Shown here: piece after piece, positions 11,429 to 20,410 of the stretch
Layout of the letters: the number at the start of each line of letters is the position of its first letter
How positions within the stretch are numbered: position 1 is the first letter of the stretch
From: an uncultured Candidatus Saccharibacteria bacterium
GTDB lineage: Bacteria; Patescibacteriota; Minisyncoccia; UBA6257
Direction of reading: 5' to 3'
Assembly (NCBI GenBank): GCA_964479005.1
Contig: CAYZJA010000001.1
Location: forward strand, 96,001-160,000
DNA length: 64,000 nucleotides
Translations under genes and position numbers: made by a program
Notes under the pieces: model-generated
Seen by the model: the letters and a program-made list of their open reading frames with translations, nothing else
What the model was told of the DNA's origin: nothing
Database searches by the model: none

Positions 11429-11842
11429 ATGTTATTGCCAAAAAAAGTAAAACATAGAAAAATGCATAAAGGTCGGAAGAGATTTCGCCAAGTAGAAACC
11501 AGGGGAATTGAACTTTCTTTTGGTAGTTTTGGATTAAAGGCCATGGAAGAATCCTGGTTAACATCCCAACAGATTGAATCAGCTTATCGGGCAATAGCCC
11601 GTTCCTTGCGAAAAGAAGGAAAAATCTGGATGAGGGTATTTCCTGATAAACCTATTACTAAAAAAGCGGCAGAAACTAAAATGGGCAAAGGAAAGGGTTC
11701 TGTGGATCATTACGTTTTTCCAGTAAGGCCCGGAAGAATTCTTTTTGAATTAGACGGAATCTCTTATGAAAAAGTGAAAGAAGCTTTTCGTTTGGCTAAT
11801 TCAAAATTACCAATTAAAACTTTAATTATTAGAAAACAATAA
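11429..11842 (+). CDS. rplP: 50S ribosomal protein L16
   Basis: MLLPKKVKHRK... L16 signature. Confidence 0.95.
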   Translation: MLLPKKVKHRKMHKGRKRFRQVETRGIELSFGSFGLKAMEESWLTSQQIESAYRAIARSLRKEGKIWMRVFPDKPITKKAAETKMGKGKGSVDHYVFPVRPGRILFELDGISYEKVKEAFRLANSKLPIKTLIIRKQ

Positions 11843-11844
11843 TT

Positions 11845-12045
11845 ATGGTAAAAGCAAAAGAATTACGATTAAAACCCGAAGAGGAATTAAATCAATTACT
11901 GTCTGAATCCCAAAAGAAATTACGGGAATTGAGGTTTAATTTGGCTAGCGGAAAAGTTAAAAACGTACGCACCATTCGTGTTTTGAAAAAGAACATTGCG
12001 AGAATTTTAACTATTTTAAATGAAGAAAATGAAAATCAACTCTAA
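11845..12045 (+). CDS. rpmC: 50S ribosomal protein L29
   Basis: Size, coiled-coil character and operon position. Confidence 0.85.
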   Translation: MVKAKELRLKPEEELNQLLSESQKKLRELRFNLASGKVKNVRTIRVLKKNIARILTILNEENENQL

Positions 12046-12168
12046 TTATGAGCCAAAGGCGAATAACAAGGTTCTTATTATGAGCAAAGCAAATAACAAG
12101 GTTCTTATTATGAGCCAAAGGCGAATAACAAGGTTCTTATTATGAGCAAAGCAAATAACAAGGTTCTT
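12045..12168 (+). repeat. four tandem ~31-bp units (A-B-A-B; A=attatgagccaaaggcgaataacaaggttctt, B=attatgagcaaagcaaataacaaggttctt) filling the rpmC-rpsQ spacer; each unit duplicates the rpsQ translation-initiation context aacaaggttcttat-ATG
   Basis: Direct reading of the sequence; the real rpsQ start at 12171 is preceded by the same 14-nt context. Confidence 0.9.
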
Positions 12169-12170
12169 AT

Positions 12171-12479
12171 ATGGAAAAACAAATTAAAAAACAAAAAAGG
12201 ATATTAAAAGGAGAAGTTATATCAGACAAGATGGATAAAACTGTTGTAGTTAAGGTTTCCAGATTGAAAGTGCATCCGAAATATAAGAAGCGCTATAAAA
12301 TTACCAAGCGTTTTAAAGCCCATGATGAGAAGAATGAGTGTCGTGTAGGCGATAAAGTAATGATTGAAGAAACAAGGCCTCTATCTAAAGGGAAAAGATG
12401 GAAAGTGAAACATAAAGAACAAATAACAAATAATAAGAAAGAAGATGATTCAACCGCAGACAATATTAAAAGTAATTGA
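12171..12479 (+). CDS. rpsQ: 30S ribosomal protein S17
   Basis: S17 OB-fold signature [15 protein letters not shown]... Confidence 0.9.
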   Translation: MEKQIKKQKRILKGEVISDKMDKTVVVKVSRLKVHPKYKKRYKITKRFKAHDEKNECRVGDKVMIEETRPLSKGKRWKVKHKEQITNNKKEDDSTADNIKSN

Positions 12480-12813
12480 TAATAGTGGCGCGAAAGTAAT
12501 CCGTTGTTTTCGAGTATTAGGCGGAACGAAAAGAAGATATGCTGAGATTGGCGATATTGTTGTTGCTTCTGTTCAAATAGCTGAGCCTCGTAGAGAAGTG
12601 AAGAAAAAAGCGGTAGTAAAAGCCATAATCGTGCGTCAGAAAAAGGCTTTTAGGAGAAAAGACGGAAGCTATATTCGTTTTAATGAAAACGCTGCGGTTC
12701 TTGTTAATGATAAAAAAGAACCTTTGGGTAATCGTATTTTTGGTCCTGTGCCGCGCGAAATAAAAGAAAGAGGGTATAGTAAAATAGCGGGTTTAGCCCC
12801 AGAATTAGTATAA
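12445..12813 (+). CDS. rplN: 50S ribosomal protein L14
   Basis: [17 protein letters not shown]... Confidence 0.95.
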   Translation: MIQPQTILKVIDNSGAKVIRCFRVLGGTKRRYAEIGDIVVASVQIAEPRREVKKKAVVKAIIVRQKKAFRRKDGSYIRFNENAAVLVNDKKEPLGNRIFGPVPREIKERGYSKIAGLAPELV

Positions 12814-12822
12814 TTTATATTT

Positions 12823-13131
12823 ATGAATATTAAAAAAGGCGATACAGTTTTAATGAAAAAAGGCAAAGATAAAGGAAAGACAGGTAAAGTGATAAAGGTT
12901 TTGCCAAAAGATGGCAAGGTGGTTGTTGAAGCTTTAAATTTAATAAAAAAGATTCAAAAAGCCAAAAAGGCAGGTGAAAAAGGGCAAATGATTTCAGTTC
13001 CGAGACCTGTTTATAGAGCTAATGTTATGCTAATTTGTCCTAATTGTAAGCGACCTACAAGAATTAGTTATACTAAAGATGATGGCGCTAAATACAGAGT
13101 TTGTAAAAAATGCGGTTCAAAGATTTCCTAA
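12823..13131 (+). CDS. rplX: 50S ribosomal protein L24 (KOW) with an unusual C-terminal CxxC-x17-CxxC zinc ribbon
   Basis: N-terminal KOW region; C-terminus CPNCKRP...CKKCGS. Confidence 0.85.
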   Translation: MNIKKGDTVLMKKGKDKGKTGKVIKVLPKDGKVVVEALNLIKKIQKAKKAGEKGQMISVPRPVYRANVMLICPNCKRPTRISYTKDDGAKYRVCKKCGSKIS

Positions 13132-13137
13132 GTATTA

Positions 13138-13710
13138 ATGACGTTTATGAAATTTTCTTACAAAGAACAATTTAAAAAAATAGTAATTCCAGAAATGAAA
13201 AAAGAATATCATATTGATAATGATTTGAGAGTACCAAGAATTATAAAGGTGGTGGTTAATATAGGCATAGGTCGATTAACTACTGGTTCTAAGAATAACA
13301 AAGAATTAATTAAAAGGGTTTCAGATGCTTTGGCAATAATTACCGGCCAAAAACCATCTGTAAGGGCGGCAAAAAAATCTATTGCAAGCTTTAAAACAAG
13401 AGAAGGAATGCCGATTGGTTTGAAAGTTACTTTAAGAGGCAAGAGGATGGAGGATTTTATTTATAAATTTGTTAGTTTGACCATTCCAAGGATTAGAGAT
13501 TTTTGGGGAATCCCTTTAAAGAATATTGACGAGACTGGAAATTTAAATTATGGTATTAAAGAATGTAATGTTTTTCCGGAGACAGAAAGCATACAAAATA
13601 TTCCTTCATTTGGCTTGGAAATTACCTTTGTTACAAGCACAAAAAATAGAGAGCAGTCAATGAAATTATATAAACTATTAGGTTTTCCTTTATGGCAAAA
13701 AAATCAGTAA
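13138..13710 (+). CDS. rplE: 50S ribosomal protein L5
   Basis: L5 signature; spc operon order. Confidence 0.95.
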   Translation: MTFMKFSYKEQFKKIVIPEMKKEYHIDNDLRVPRIIKVVVNIGIGRLTTGSKNNKELIKRVSDALAIITGQKPSVRAAKKSIASFKTREGMPIGLKVTLRGKRMEDFIYKFVSLTIPRIRDFWGIPLKNIDETGNLNYGIKECNVFPETESIQNIPSFGLEITFVTSTKNREQSMKLYKLLGFPLWQKNQ

Positions 13711-13877
13711 TAGCAAGATCTAAAAAGAAACCCAAGTTCTCTTCACGAATAGTGCGGCGTTGTTGGCGTTGCGGAAGAAAAAAAGGCTATATTAGAGATT
13801 TTGGCCTTTGCCGTATATGTTTTAGGGAGTTAGCTTCAGAAGGAAAAATACCTGGAATAAAAAAAGCAAGCTGGTAA
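13692..13877 (+). CDS. rpsZ: 30S ribosomal protein S14 type Z (zinc-binding, 61 aa)
   Basis: [20 protein letters not shown]. Confidence 0.9.
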   Translation: MAKKSVIARSKKKPKFSSRIVRRCWRCGRKKGYIRDFGLCRICFRELASEGKIPGIKKASW

Positions 13878-13931
13878 AAGGTAAATAACAAATAACAATA
13901 AACAATAGAACAATTTAGTAATTTATATCTT

Positions 13932-14324
13932 ATGACCGATCCTATAGCAGACATGTTAACAAGAATACGTAATGCTCAAGCAGTTAAAAAAGAAACCGTT
14001 GTTTTCCCTTATTCAAAAATAAAATGGGAGATTTTAAATGTTTTATCAAAAAGTGATTATATCAAGGGGTTAGATAAAACAAACAAAAAAAATAAAAAGT
14101 TTATTGAAATAATTCTAAAATATGATGAAGAGAAAACTCCAAAGATTTCTGAATTAAAGAGAGTTTCTAAGCCATCAAGACGCGTATATGTTCACGCAAA
14201 AGATATTTGGTTTTTTAAAAAAGGTTTAGGCATAAAAGTTTTGTCAACTCCAAAAGGAGTTCTTTCTGATAAAGAATCAAAGAAATTAAATGTCGGCGGG
14301 GAGATTTTATTAGAAATATGGTAA
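13932..14324 (+). CDS. rpsH: 30S ribosomal protein S8
   Basis: MTDPIADMLTRIRNA... Confidence 0.95.
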   Translation: MTDPIADMLTRIRNAQAVKKETVVFPYSKIKWEILNVLSKSDYIKGLDKTNKKNKKFIEIILKYDEEKTPKISELKRVSKPSRRVYVHAKDIWFFKKGLGIKVLSTPKGVLSDKESKKLNVGGEILLEIW

Positions 14325-14334
14325 TTTATATATT

Positions 14335-14877
14335 ATGTCTCGTATAGGTAAAAAAGAAATTAATATTCCAGATTCAGTTGAAGTAGTATTGGAAGAAAAC
14401 AAATTAAAAGCCAAGGGTCCTAAGGGTGAGGATTTTTTAATTATCAAAAATGGTTTTAAAATTAATATTAAAGATAATGCCTTATTAGTTATTCCTTTAG
14501 AGCAAAAAAAAGATACTTCTGCCCAATGGGGGACTTTAAGAGCATTAATTAATAATCTTATAATAGGGGTAGATAAAGGATTTGAAAAACAATTGGAGAT
14601 TAATGGAGTAGGTTATCGCGCTGATATGGATGGAGCTAATTTGAATCTTAAATTAGGATATAGTCATCCAATTATACTTTCTGTTCCCGAAGGACTGGAT
14701 GTAAAAGTGGAAAAAAATATAATCACTATTAATGGTATTTCAAAAGAAAAAGTTGGACAATTTGCCGCGCTAATAAAGTTTCAAAGGCCTGTGGAACCTT
14801 ATAAAGGAAAAGGTGTTCGTTATGTTGGGGAAAAAGTTTTACGAAAAGCGGGTAAGAAGGTGGTAACCACTGCTTAA
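14335..14877 (+). CDS. rplF: 50S ribosomal protein L6
   Basis: L6 two-domain sequence. Confidence 0.95.
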   Translation: MSRIGKKEINIPDSVEVVLEENKLKAKGPKGEDFLIIKNGFKINIKDNALLVIPLEQKKDTSAQWGTLRALINNLIIGVDKGFEKQLEINGVGYRADMDGANLNLKLGYSHPIILSVPEGLDVKVEKNIITINGISKEKVGQFAALIKFQRPVEPYKGKGVRYVGEKVLRKAGKKVVTTA

Positions 14878-14894
14878 ATTAATTAAAAGAGTAA

Positions 14895-15299
14895 ATGAAT
14901 AAAAATAGCAAAAGAGAGCAAAGAGAAAAAAGGCATAGAAGAGTAAGGGCAAAGATCCATGGAACAAAAGATAGGCCCCGTCTTTGTATTTTTAAATCCA
15001 ATAAGCATATTTACGCTCAAATTATTAATGATGATAAGGGATTTACACTCGTTTTTGCTTCAGATTTAGAAATCAAAGATTCAAAAAAAGATAAGAACCT
15101 TGCTTCGCAAGAACCTTGTTATTCGCCTTTGGCTCATAATAAAAAAATTAATTTAGCTCAAAAAGTTGGGGAATTAATAGCTAAGAGGGCAAAAGATAAA
15201 AAAATAACGAAAATTCTTTTTGACAGAGGTGGATTTAAATATCACGGTCAAGTGAAAACTTTAGCTGATGAAGCCAGAAAACACGGATTACAGTTTTAA
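14895..15299 (+). CDS. rplR: 50S ribosomal protein L18, with a ~14-aa in-frame insertion encoded by an inverted copy of the S17-leader repeat
   Basis: Core and C-terminus [26 protein letters not shown] match L18; ~13-15 aa longer than E. coli L18 in the middle. Confidence 0.9.
   Translation: MNKNSKREQREKRHRRVRAKIHGTKDRPRLCIFKSNKHIYAQIINDDKGFTLVFASDLEIKDSKKDKNLASQEPCYSPLAHNKKINLAQKVGELIAKRAKDKKITKILFDRGGFKYHGQVKTLADEARKHGLQF
15094..15140 (-). repeat. inverted copy of the S17-leader repeat inside rplR: 15109-15140 is the exact reverse complement of unit A (32/32), preceded by a partial copy aagaaccttgcttcgc
   Basis: Reverse complement of attatgagccaaaggcgaataacaaggttctt = aagaaccttgttattcgcctttggctcataat, found verbatim. 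Confidence 0.85.
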
Positions 15300-15312
15300 T
15301 TTTTAAACCATT

Positions 15313-15867
15313 ATGGCTTTTAATAGAAGATCGAAGGTAAATAAAAGTGAATTTGAAGAGAGTCTTTTAGATATTGCGCGTGTAACTCGAGTAGTAGCAG
15401 GAGGAAAACGTTTAAGTTTTCGAGCTACGTTGGTAATTGGCAATAAATCCAAGCATCAAGTTGGTGTCGGGATAAGTAAAGGAAAAGATGTGGCTCAGGC
15501 GATTCAAAAAGCAAATAATAATGCAAAAAAGAATCTCATTATTGTTCCAATTATTAATGAAACAATTCCACATGAAGTAAAAGCGAAATATAAAGCCTCA
15601 AGAGTAATCATAAAGCCAGCCAAAAAAGGAAGAGGAATAAGAGCTGGCGGAGCAGTGCGAACTGTATTAAAATTAGCTAATGTCCCAAATGCTAATGCTA
15701 AAATTTTAAGTTCCAGCACTAATGCTATTAATAATGCCAGAGTAACTATTCTTGCTCTTTCTAAATTAAAGAGTTTTGTCAGTAAAGAAAAATCTAATGA
15801 AGAAAAATCCATTGATAAAAAACAACAAACAAAGAATTATGCAAATTCATCAGATAAGATCAAATAA
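15313..15867 (+). CDS. rpsE: 30S ribosomal protein S5 with a C-terminal extension
   Basis: S5 dsRBD and S5 domain-2 signature. Confidence 0.9.
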   Translation: MAFNRRSKVNKSEFEESLLDIARVTRVVAGGKRLSFRATLVIGNKSKHQVGVGISKGKDVAQAIQKANNNAKKNLIIVPIINETIPHEVKAKYKASRVIIKPAKKGRGIRAGGAVRTVLKLANVPNANAKILSSSTNAINNARVTILALSKLKSFVSKEKSNEEKSIDKKQQTKNYANSSDKIK

Positions 15868-16282
15868 TAAATCATCAAAAAAAAGGAAAGTCGGCAGAGG
15901 CGGTAAGAGAGGGACTTATTCTGGGCGAGGAATTAAAGGTCAGAAATCCCGGGCTGGATCAAAGATAAAACCTCAAATAAGAGAGATGATATTAAGGTTT
16001 CCTAAAAGACGCGGGGTGTCTTTTAATCCTTTAAAAAAGAAATCTTTAGCCATAAAATTGAATGATATAGTAAAAGCTTTTCCTGAAGGTGGCGTTATTA
16101 ACCTTAATAAATTAAAGAAAGCAGGCTTGATAAAAAAAATAAAAGGTGAAATTCGTCCAATTAAAATTTTAGGTGCAATACCTTTATCCAAAAAATATAT
16201 TATTAAAAATTGTTTAGTTTCTGAAAAAGTAAAGGAGGTAATTATAAAAGCCGGAGGAAAAATAGATTTTAAAATTAAATAA
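15836..16282 (+). CDS. rplO: 50S ribosomal protein L15 (start chosen at MQIHQIRS; the ORF tool start at 15776 is also possible). It directly follows rpsE with no L30 gene between.
   Basis: KVGRGGKRGTYSGRGIKGQKSRAG matches the L15 glycine-rich N-terminus. Confidence 0.8.
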   Translation: MMQIHQIRSNNKSSKKRKVGRGGKRGTYSGRGIKGQKSRAGSKIKPQIREMILRFPKRRGVSFNPLKKKSLAIKLNDIVKAFPEGGVINLNKLKKAGLIKKIKGEIRPIKILGAIPLSKKYIIKNCLVSEKVKEVIIKAGGKIDFKIK

Positions 16283-16289
16283 ATTTAAT

Positions 16290-17561
16290 ATGTTCAAAAA
16301 TCTTTTAGCTCTATTACGAACGCCTGATTTAAGAAAAAAAGTAATTATAATTTTACTGCTCTTGGTGATTTTTCGGATAATGGCTACCATTCCATTGCCT
16401 AATGTTGACAGAGAGCAATTACAGGTTTTCCTCAGCGCTAATCAGATATTCGGGCTTTTTAACGTTTTTACAGGAGGCGCTTTTAAAAATATTTCAATTG
16501 CTTTACTCGGTGTCGGGCCTTTTATTACAGCTTCTATTATAATGCAGCTTCTTACCATGGTTTTTCCTGCCTTAAAAGAGATGCTTAGCCAAGGTACTGA
16601 TAAAGAAAGAGCAAAATTTATGCAATATTCCCGTTTATTGACGATTCCTTTAGCTGCTTTGCAGGGATTTGGTTTTTTAAATTTATTAAGCAGGCAGGGT
16701 GTTATTGTTTTTGCTAATCCTATTGATTTGATAAGAAGTGTTATTATAGTTACTACGGCTTCAATATTTTTGATGTGGATTGGTGAATTGATAACAGAAC
16801 AAAAATTGGGAAATGGAATTTCTTTAATAATTTTTACAGGTATTGTTATAGGTTTTCCACGTGAAATTATGCAAACAATAATAAGCACAGACCCAACAAG
16901 GCTTCCTAATATGATAGCGTTTTTTGCTATTGCGCTTTTGATGATTGTAGGAGTGGTATTTATTTCAAGGGGAGAAAGAAGGATTCCTGTGAGTTATGCA
17001 AAGCAAGTGCGTGGAACAAAAATTTATGGGGGGGCTTCTACATATTTACCATTGAAAATCAATCAAGCTGGCGTAATTCCTATTATTTTTGCTCTTTCTA
17101 TTTTAATGTTTCCTCAAATGATTAGTCAGTTTTTAGCAAATTCACAAAGTCCGTTTATGCTTAAAATGGCTCTCTTTTTGCAAGGATTTAATCAACAATC
17201 ATTAATTTATCTTGCTTGTTATTTTGGTTTGGTTGTTCTATTTACGTTTTTTTATACAACCATTACTTTTAATCCTGAAACTATTGCTGAAAACTTACAA
17301 AAAAGAGGCGGTTTTGTTCCTGGTTATCGGCCTGGCAAAATAACTTCACAATACCTTGTCAACACCAGCCATAAGGTTACTTTTTTTGGAGCTATATTCT
17401 TGGGCATGATCGCTATTCTTCCAATAATTATGCAGCAGACTACCGGTGTTACCACTTTTGCTATTGGAGGTACTTCAATCTTAATTATGGTAAGTGTAGC
17501 TATAGAAGTCATGGATACAATAGAAGCTCAATTAATAATGCGTGAATATGAAATCTCATAA
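16290..17561 (+). CDS. secY: preprotein translocase SecY
   Basis: 10-TM protein with SecY signatures, follows rplO. Confidence 0.95.
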   Translation: MFKNLLALLRTPDLRKKVIIILLLLVIFRIMATIPLPNVDREQLQVFLSANQIFGLFNVFTGGAFKNISIALLGVGPFITASIIMQLLTMVFPALKEMLSQGTDKERAKFMQYSRLLTIPLAALQGFGFLNLLSRQGVIVFANPIDLIRSVIIVTTASIFLMWIGELITEQKLGNGISLIIFTGIVIGFPREIMQTIISTDPTRLPNMIAFFAIALLMIVGVVFISRGERRIPVSYAKQVRGTKIYGGASTYLPLKINQAGVIPIIFALSILMFPQMISQFLANSQSPFMLKMALFLQGFNQQSLIYLACYFGLVVLFTFFYTTITFNPETIAENLQKRGGFVPGYRPGKITSQYLVNTSHKVTFFGAIFLGMIAILPIIMQQTTGVTTFAIGGTSILIMVSVAIEVMDTIEAQLIMREYEIS

Positions 17562-18192
17562 TATCATTTTTTTAGGACGCTCTGGTTCGGGAAAAGGCAC
17601 ACAGGCAGAATTATTAATGAAAAAATTCGCCTTAGTGAATATAGATACAGGTGATATTTTAAGAAAGTTGGCAAGAAGAAAAGATAAATTTGGAAAAACG
17701 ATTTTAGAAATCATGGACCAGGGGAAATTAGTTCCAATTTGGTTAGTACTTTATTGTTGGGTGGATAAACTTCTTAAAATTTCTTCCAAAAAAGGAATAA
17801 TGATGGAAGGAAATCCTCGTCAGCTGGAAGAGGCAAAGATTTTAGAGGAAGTCTTTTCCTGGCTTGGGCGTGAAAATTTTAAAGTAGTTTATTTACGAAC
17901 ATCAGCAAAAGAAGTGATGCAGAGATTATTAATGAGGCGAATTTGTTCTAAATGCGGCAGAGAATTTTCTTTGAATTTCACTCCAAATTTAAAAGAATGT
18001 TCTCATTGTAAAGGAAAATTGATTCGGCGATCTGATGATTATCCAAAAGCTATCAAAAATAGAATGTTATTTTTTCAAAAAAAGATTTTACCTGTAATTA
18101 ATTATTTTCGAAAGAAAAAAATTGTAATTGAGGTTAATGGAGAGGGTTCTATTGAAGAAATCCATAAAGGGATTCTTAAAAAATTATTGTGA
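17542..18192 (+). CDS. adk: adenylate kinase with a zinc-binding LID (CxxC...CxxC)
   Basis: GRSGSGKGTQ P-loop; CSKCGREF...CSHCKGKL. Confidence 0.9.
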   Translation: MNMKSHNIIFLGRSGSGKGTQAELLMKKFALVNIDTGDILRKLARRKDKFGKTILEIMDQGKLVPIWLVLYCWVDKLLKISSKKGIMMEGNPRQLEEAKILEEVFSWLGRENFKVVYLRTSAKEVMQRLLMRRICSKCGREFSLNFTPNLKECSHCKGKLIRRSDDYPKAIKNRMLFFQKKILPVINYFRKKKIVIEVNGEGSIEEIHKGILKKLL

Positions 18193-18950
18193 TATATTTT
18201 AAAACTTCTCAAGATATCAGTATTCTACGTGAAGGCGGAAAAAAATTGGCATTAGTTTTAAAAAAAGTAACGCAGGCTGTTCAGCCAGGAATATCTACTG
18301 CTGATTTGGATAAATTGGCTTTTAATCTTATTTGTGAATACGGGGGTAAACCCTCGTTTTTAAATTATCAACCAAGTTTTGCTAATAAGCCATTTCCATC
18401 AAGTTTATGTACTTCAATAAATGAAACTGTGGTTCATGGCCTTCCTTCAGAGAAAAAGATCTTAAAGCAAGGTGATGTGATTTCATTAGATTTAGGAATG
18501 GAGTATAAAGGATTATTTACTGATATGGCAGCAACAGTAGGCGTAGGAGAAATAAAGCCAATATATGAAAAATTGATAAAAATAACGAATGAGTCTTTAT
18601 TACAAGCAATAAAAACGTCAAAGGTAGATAATACTTTGGGTGATATAGGTTATGCTATTCAAAAATGTGTAGAAAAAGAGGGATTTGTTGTTGTAAAAGG
18701 TTTAGTGGGGCATGGAGTTGGTTATTCTCCGCATGAAGATCCTGTTGTTTTTAATTATGGAACCCCGCATCAGGGGTTAAAATTGGAAGAGGGTATGGTT
18801 ATAGCAATAGAGCCAATGGTGACTTTTGATGATGGAACTGTAAAAGAAGAAAAAGATGGCAGTTTTGTGACTCTCAATGGAAGAGTATCGGGTCATTTTG
18901 AACATACAGTGGCTATTACAAAAAAGGGACCAATAGTAATTACGGAGTAA
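18189..18950 (+). CDS. map: methionine aminopeptidase type I
   Basis: Pita-bread fold metal ligands; follows adk. Confidence 0.95.
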   Translation: MIYFKTSQDISILREGGKKLALVLKKVTQAVQPGISTADLDKLAFNLICEYGGKPSFLNYQPSFANKPFPSSLCTSINETVVHGLPSEKKILKQGDVISLDLGMEYKGLFTDMAATVGVGEIKPIYEKLIKITNESLLQAIKTSKVDNTLGDIGYAIQKCVEKEGFVVVKGLVGHGVGYSPHEDPVVFNYGTPHQGLKLEEGMVIAIEPMVTFDDGTVKEEKDGSFVTLNGRVSGHFEHTVAITKKGPIVITE

Positions 18951-18969
18951 CAAAGGCGAGGAGATATAT

Positions 18970-19161
18970 AAGCAAGTATTTCTCTTTCACTCCTACATTC
19001 CAGCAGAGACAAACAATACTCACTCACTCGGGAACACCTTCCGAAATTCCGCTTCGCCACGTTAAACGTGGCTTCGCTCCAGTTTCGGCTTTCCTTTTCG
19101 TTCGTTTCATTTGTTTGTATCTCTGCTTCCATTAATGTCGTTCAGGAGCAAATACTTGCTT
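18970..19161. repeat. ~190-nt imperfect palindrome / long hairpin in a non-coding, GC-richer gap after map
   Basis: aagcaagtattt (18970) is the reverse complement of aaatacttgctt (19150); agcagagacaaacaa pairs with ttgtttgtatctctgct; centre ccacgtt-a-aacgtgg. Confidence 0.5.
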
Positions 19162-19605
19162 TAATATTTTTTCAACAGCCTCTTCTTGCATTAAACTTTT
19201 ATACATTCACACTTTGTTAATTGTTATTTGTTTTTTGTTTATATCCTGGAGGTTGACCTTCGAGCAATAATGTGGTAGCATATAAATGTCCAAAAATGGA
19301 CATTGTTTTTTTGACAAAAGAATAAAAATATAGAAAATAAAAATATAGAAATTATAGAAAAGGAGATTAAGAAATGAAAAAAAAGAAAGGAAAAAAGGAA
19401 AAAAGAATCAAAGAATCAAAGAATCAAAGAATCAAAGAAAATGATACCGTCTGATGAGGAGATTGGAAAAATGCTGGATATGTCTGAGTTTGTACAAGTA
19501 ATGTATATCGATTGGGGAAATCCACTGGGCACAAAGCCCATCAAATCAAAGTCAAAATAAAAGCCAGAGGAGATAAAAAAATATAGAAAAAGGAGGTGAA
19601 ATGTA

Positions 19606-19866
19606 ATGTTAAAAGTTGTAATAAAGGTTTTGTCTTTATTTGTTTTTATAGTTTTATGTTCATTATTTGCTGATAAAGCTTTATCTCAAATGATAAGTCT
19701 TTATGATAAATTTGGAACGAGATATATCATTGCAATTAATGGATTTGAATTTCTGAGTTTTATCTTTTGGACGGGGTTTATAGTCATGACTTTAATTATA
19801 TTAAAGATAATTATATTGGTTGCTACAGAAAAGAAAGAAGAAAAGCAAGAAGAAGTAGAAGAATAA
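19606..19866 (+). CDS. small membrane protein (86 aa, 2 TM, acidic tail) with a strong SD; preceded by two tiny strong-SD ORFs
   Basis: aaaaggaggtgaaatgtaATG; hydrophobic core. Confidence 0.4.
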   Translation: MLKVVIKVLSLFVFIVLCSLFADKALSQMISLYDKFGTRYIIAINGFEFLSFIFWTGFIVMTLIILKIIILVATEKKEEKQEEVEE

Positions 19867-19873
19867 AAAATGA

Positions 19874-19915
19874 CCCTCGCATCTATGGAGAGATAGGTGT
19901 GAGGGTTTTTTATTT
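19874..19915 (+). terminator. rho-independent terminator
   Basis: ccctcgca...tgtgaggg stem (one G-U wobble) then ttttttatttt. Confidence 0.65.
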
Positions 19916-19951
19916 TCTTAAATTTTTGGTATACTACAGTATATATAGAAG

Positions 19952-20410
19952 ATGAATGAACTTTGGACTATTATTATTGCTGGTTCTCCGATAGTTGAAT
20001 TGCGAGGGGCGATTCCTGTGGCTATGGGAATTTTTAATTTTGCTTGGCCTAAAGCGTTAATTTTAAGTTTAATTGGGAATATTTTACCAATTATTCCTAT
20101 AATTTGGTTTTTAGACAAATTATCTGATTATTTGAGTAAACAATTTGATATTTTTAATCGTTTTTTTAATTGGCTTTTTGAAAGAACTAGGAAAAAGACA
20201 GAAAACAGCTTTAATAAATGGGGAAAATGGGCCTTAGTGGCATTTGTTGCGATTCCTTTGCCTTTTACAGGGGTTTGGACTGGTTCAATAGCGGCATTTT
20301 TGTTTGGTGTTAAGTACAGAAACGCTTTTTGGCTTATTAGTTTGGGAGCGCTTTTTGCCGGGATATTAGTTACGATTTTAACTCTTTTAGGCACAAATAT
20401 ATTTTCATGA
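19952..20410 (+). CDS. small integral membrane protein, possibly of the putative small multidrug export protein family (COG2426-like)
   Basis: 152 aa, 4 TM helices, ELRGAIP motif near the N-terminus. Confidence 0.35.
   Translation: MNELWTIIIAGSPIVELRGAIPVAMGIFNFAWPKALILSLIGNILPIIPIIWFLDKLSDYLSKQFDIFNRFFNWLFERTRKKTENSFNKWGKWALVAFVAIPLPFTGVWTGSIAAFLFGVKYRNAFWLISLGALFAGILVTILTLLGTNIFS

Noticed and set aside
18951-19360. tmRNA, SRP RNA or 6S RNA in the non-coding gap after map
   Set aside because: No tmRNA tag reading frame or T-arm/CCA-like terminus is visible, and no SRP domain IV motif was recognised. The region is better described as an imperfect long palindrome. An Rfam scan would be needed to exclude other families.
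19767-19955. 62-aa ORF overlapping the terminator after the 86-aa membrane protein
   Set aside because: It spans the strong hairpin terminator and has no SD. It is likely spurious.
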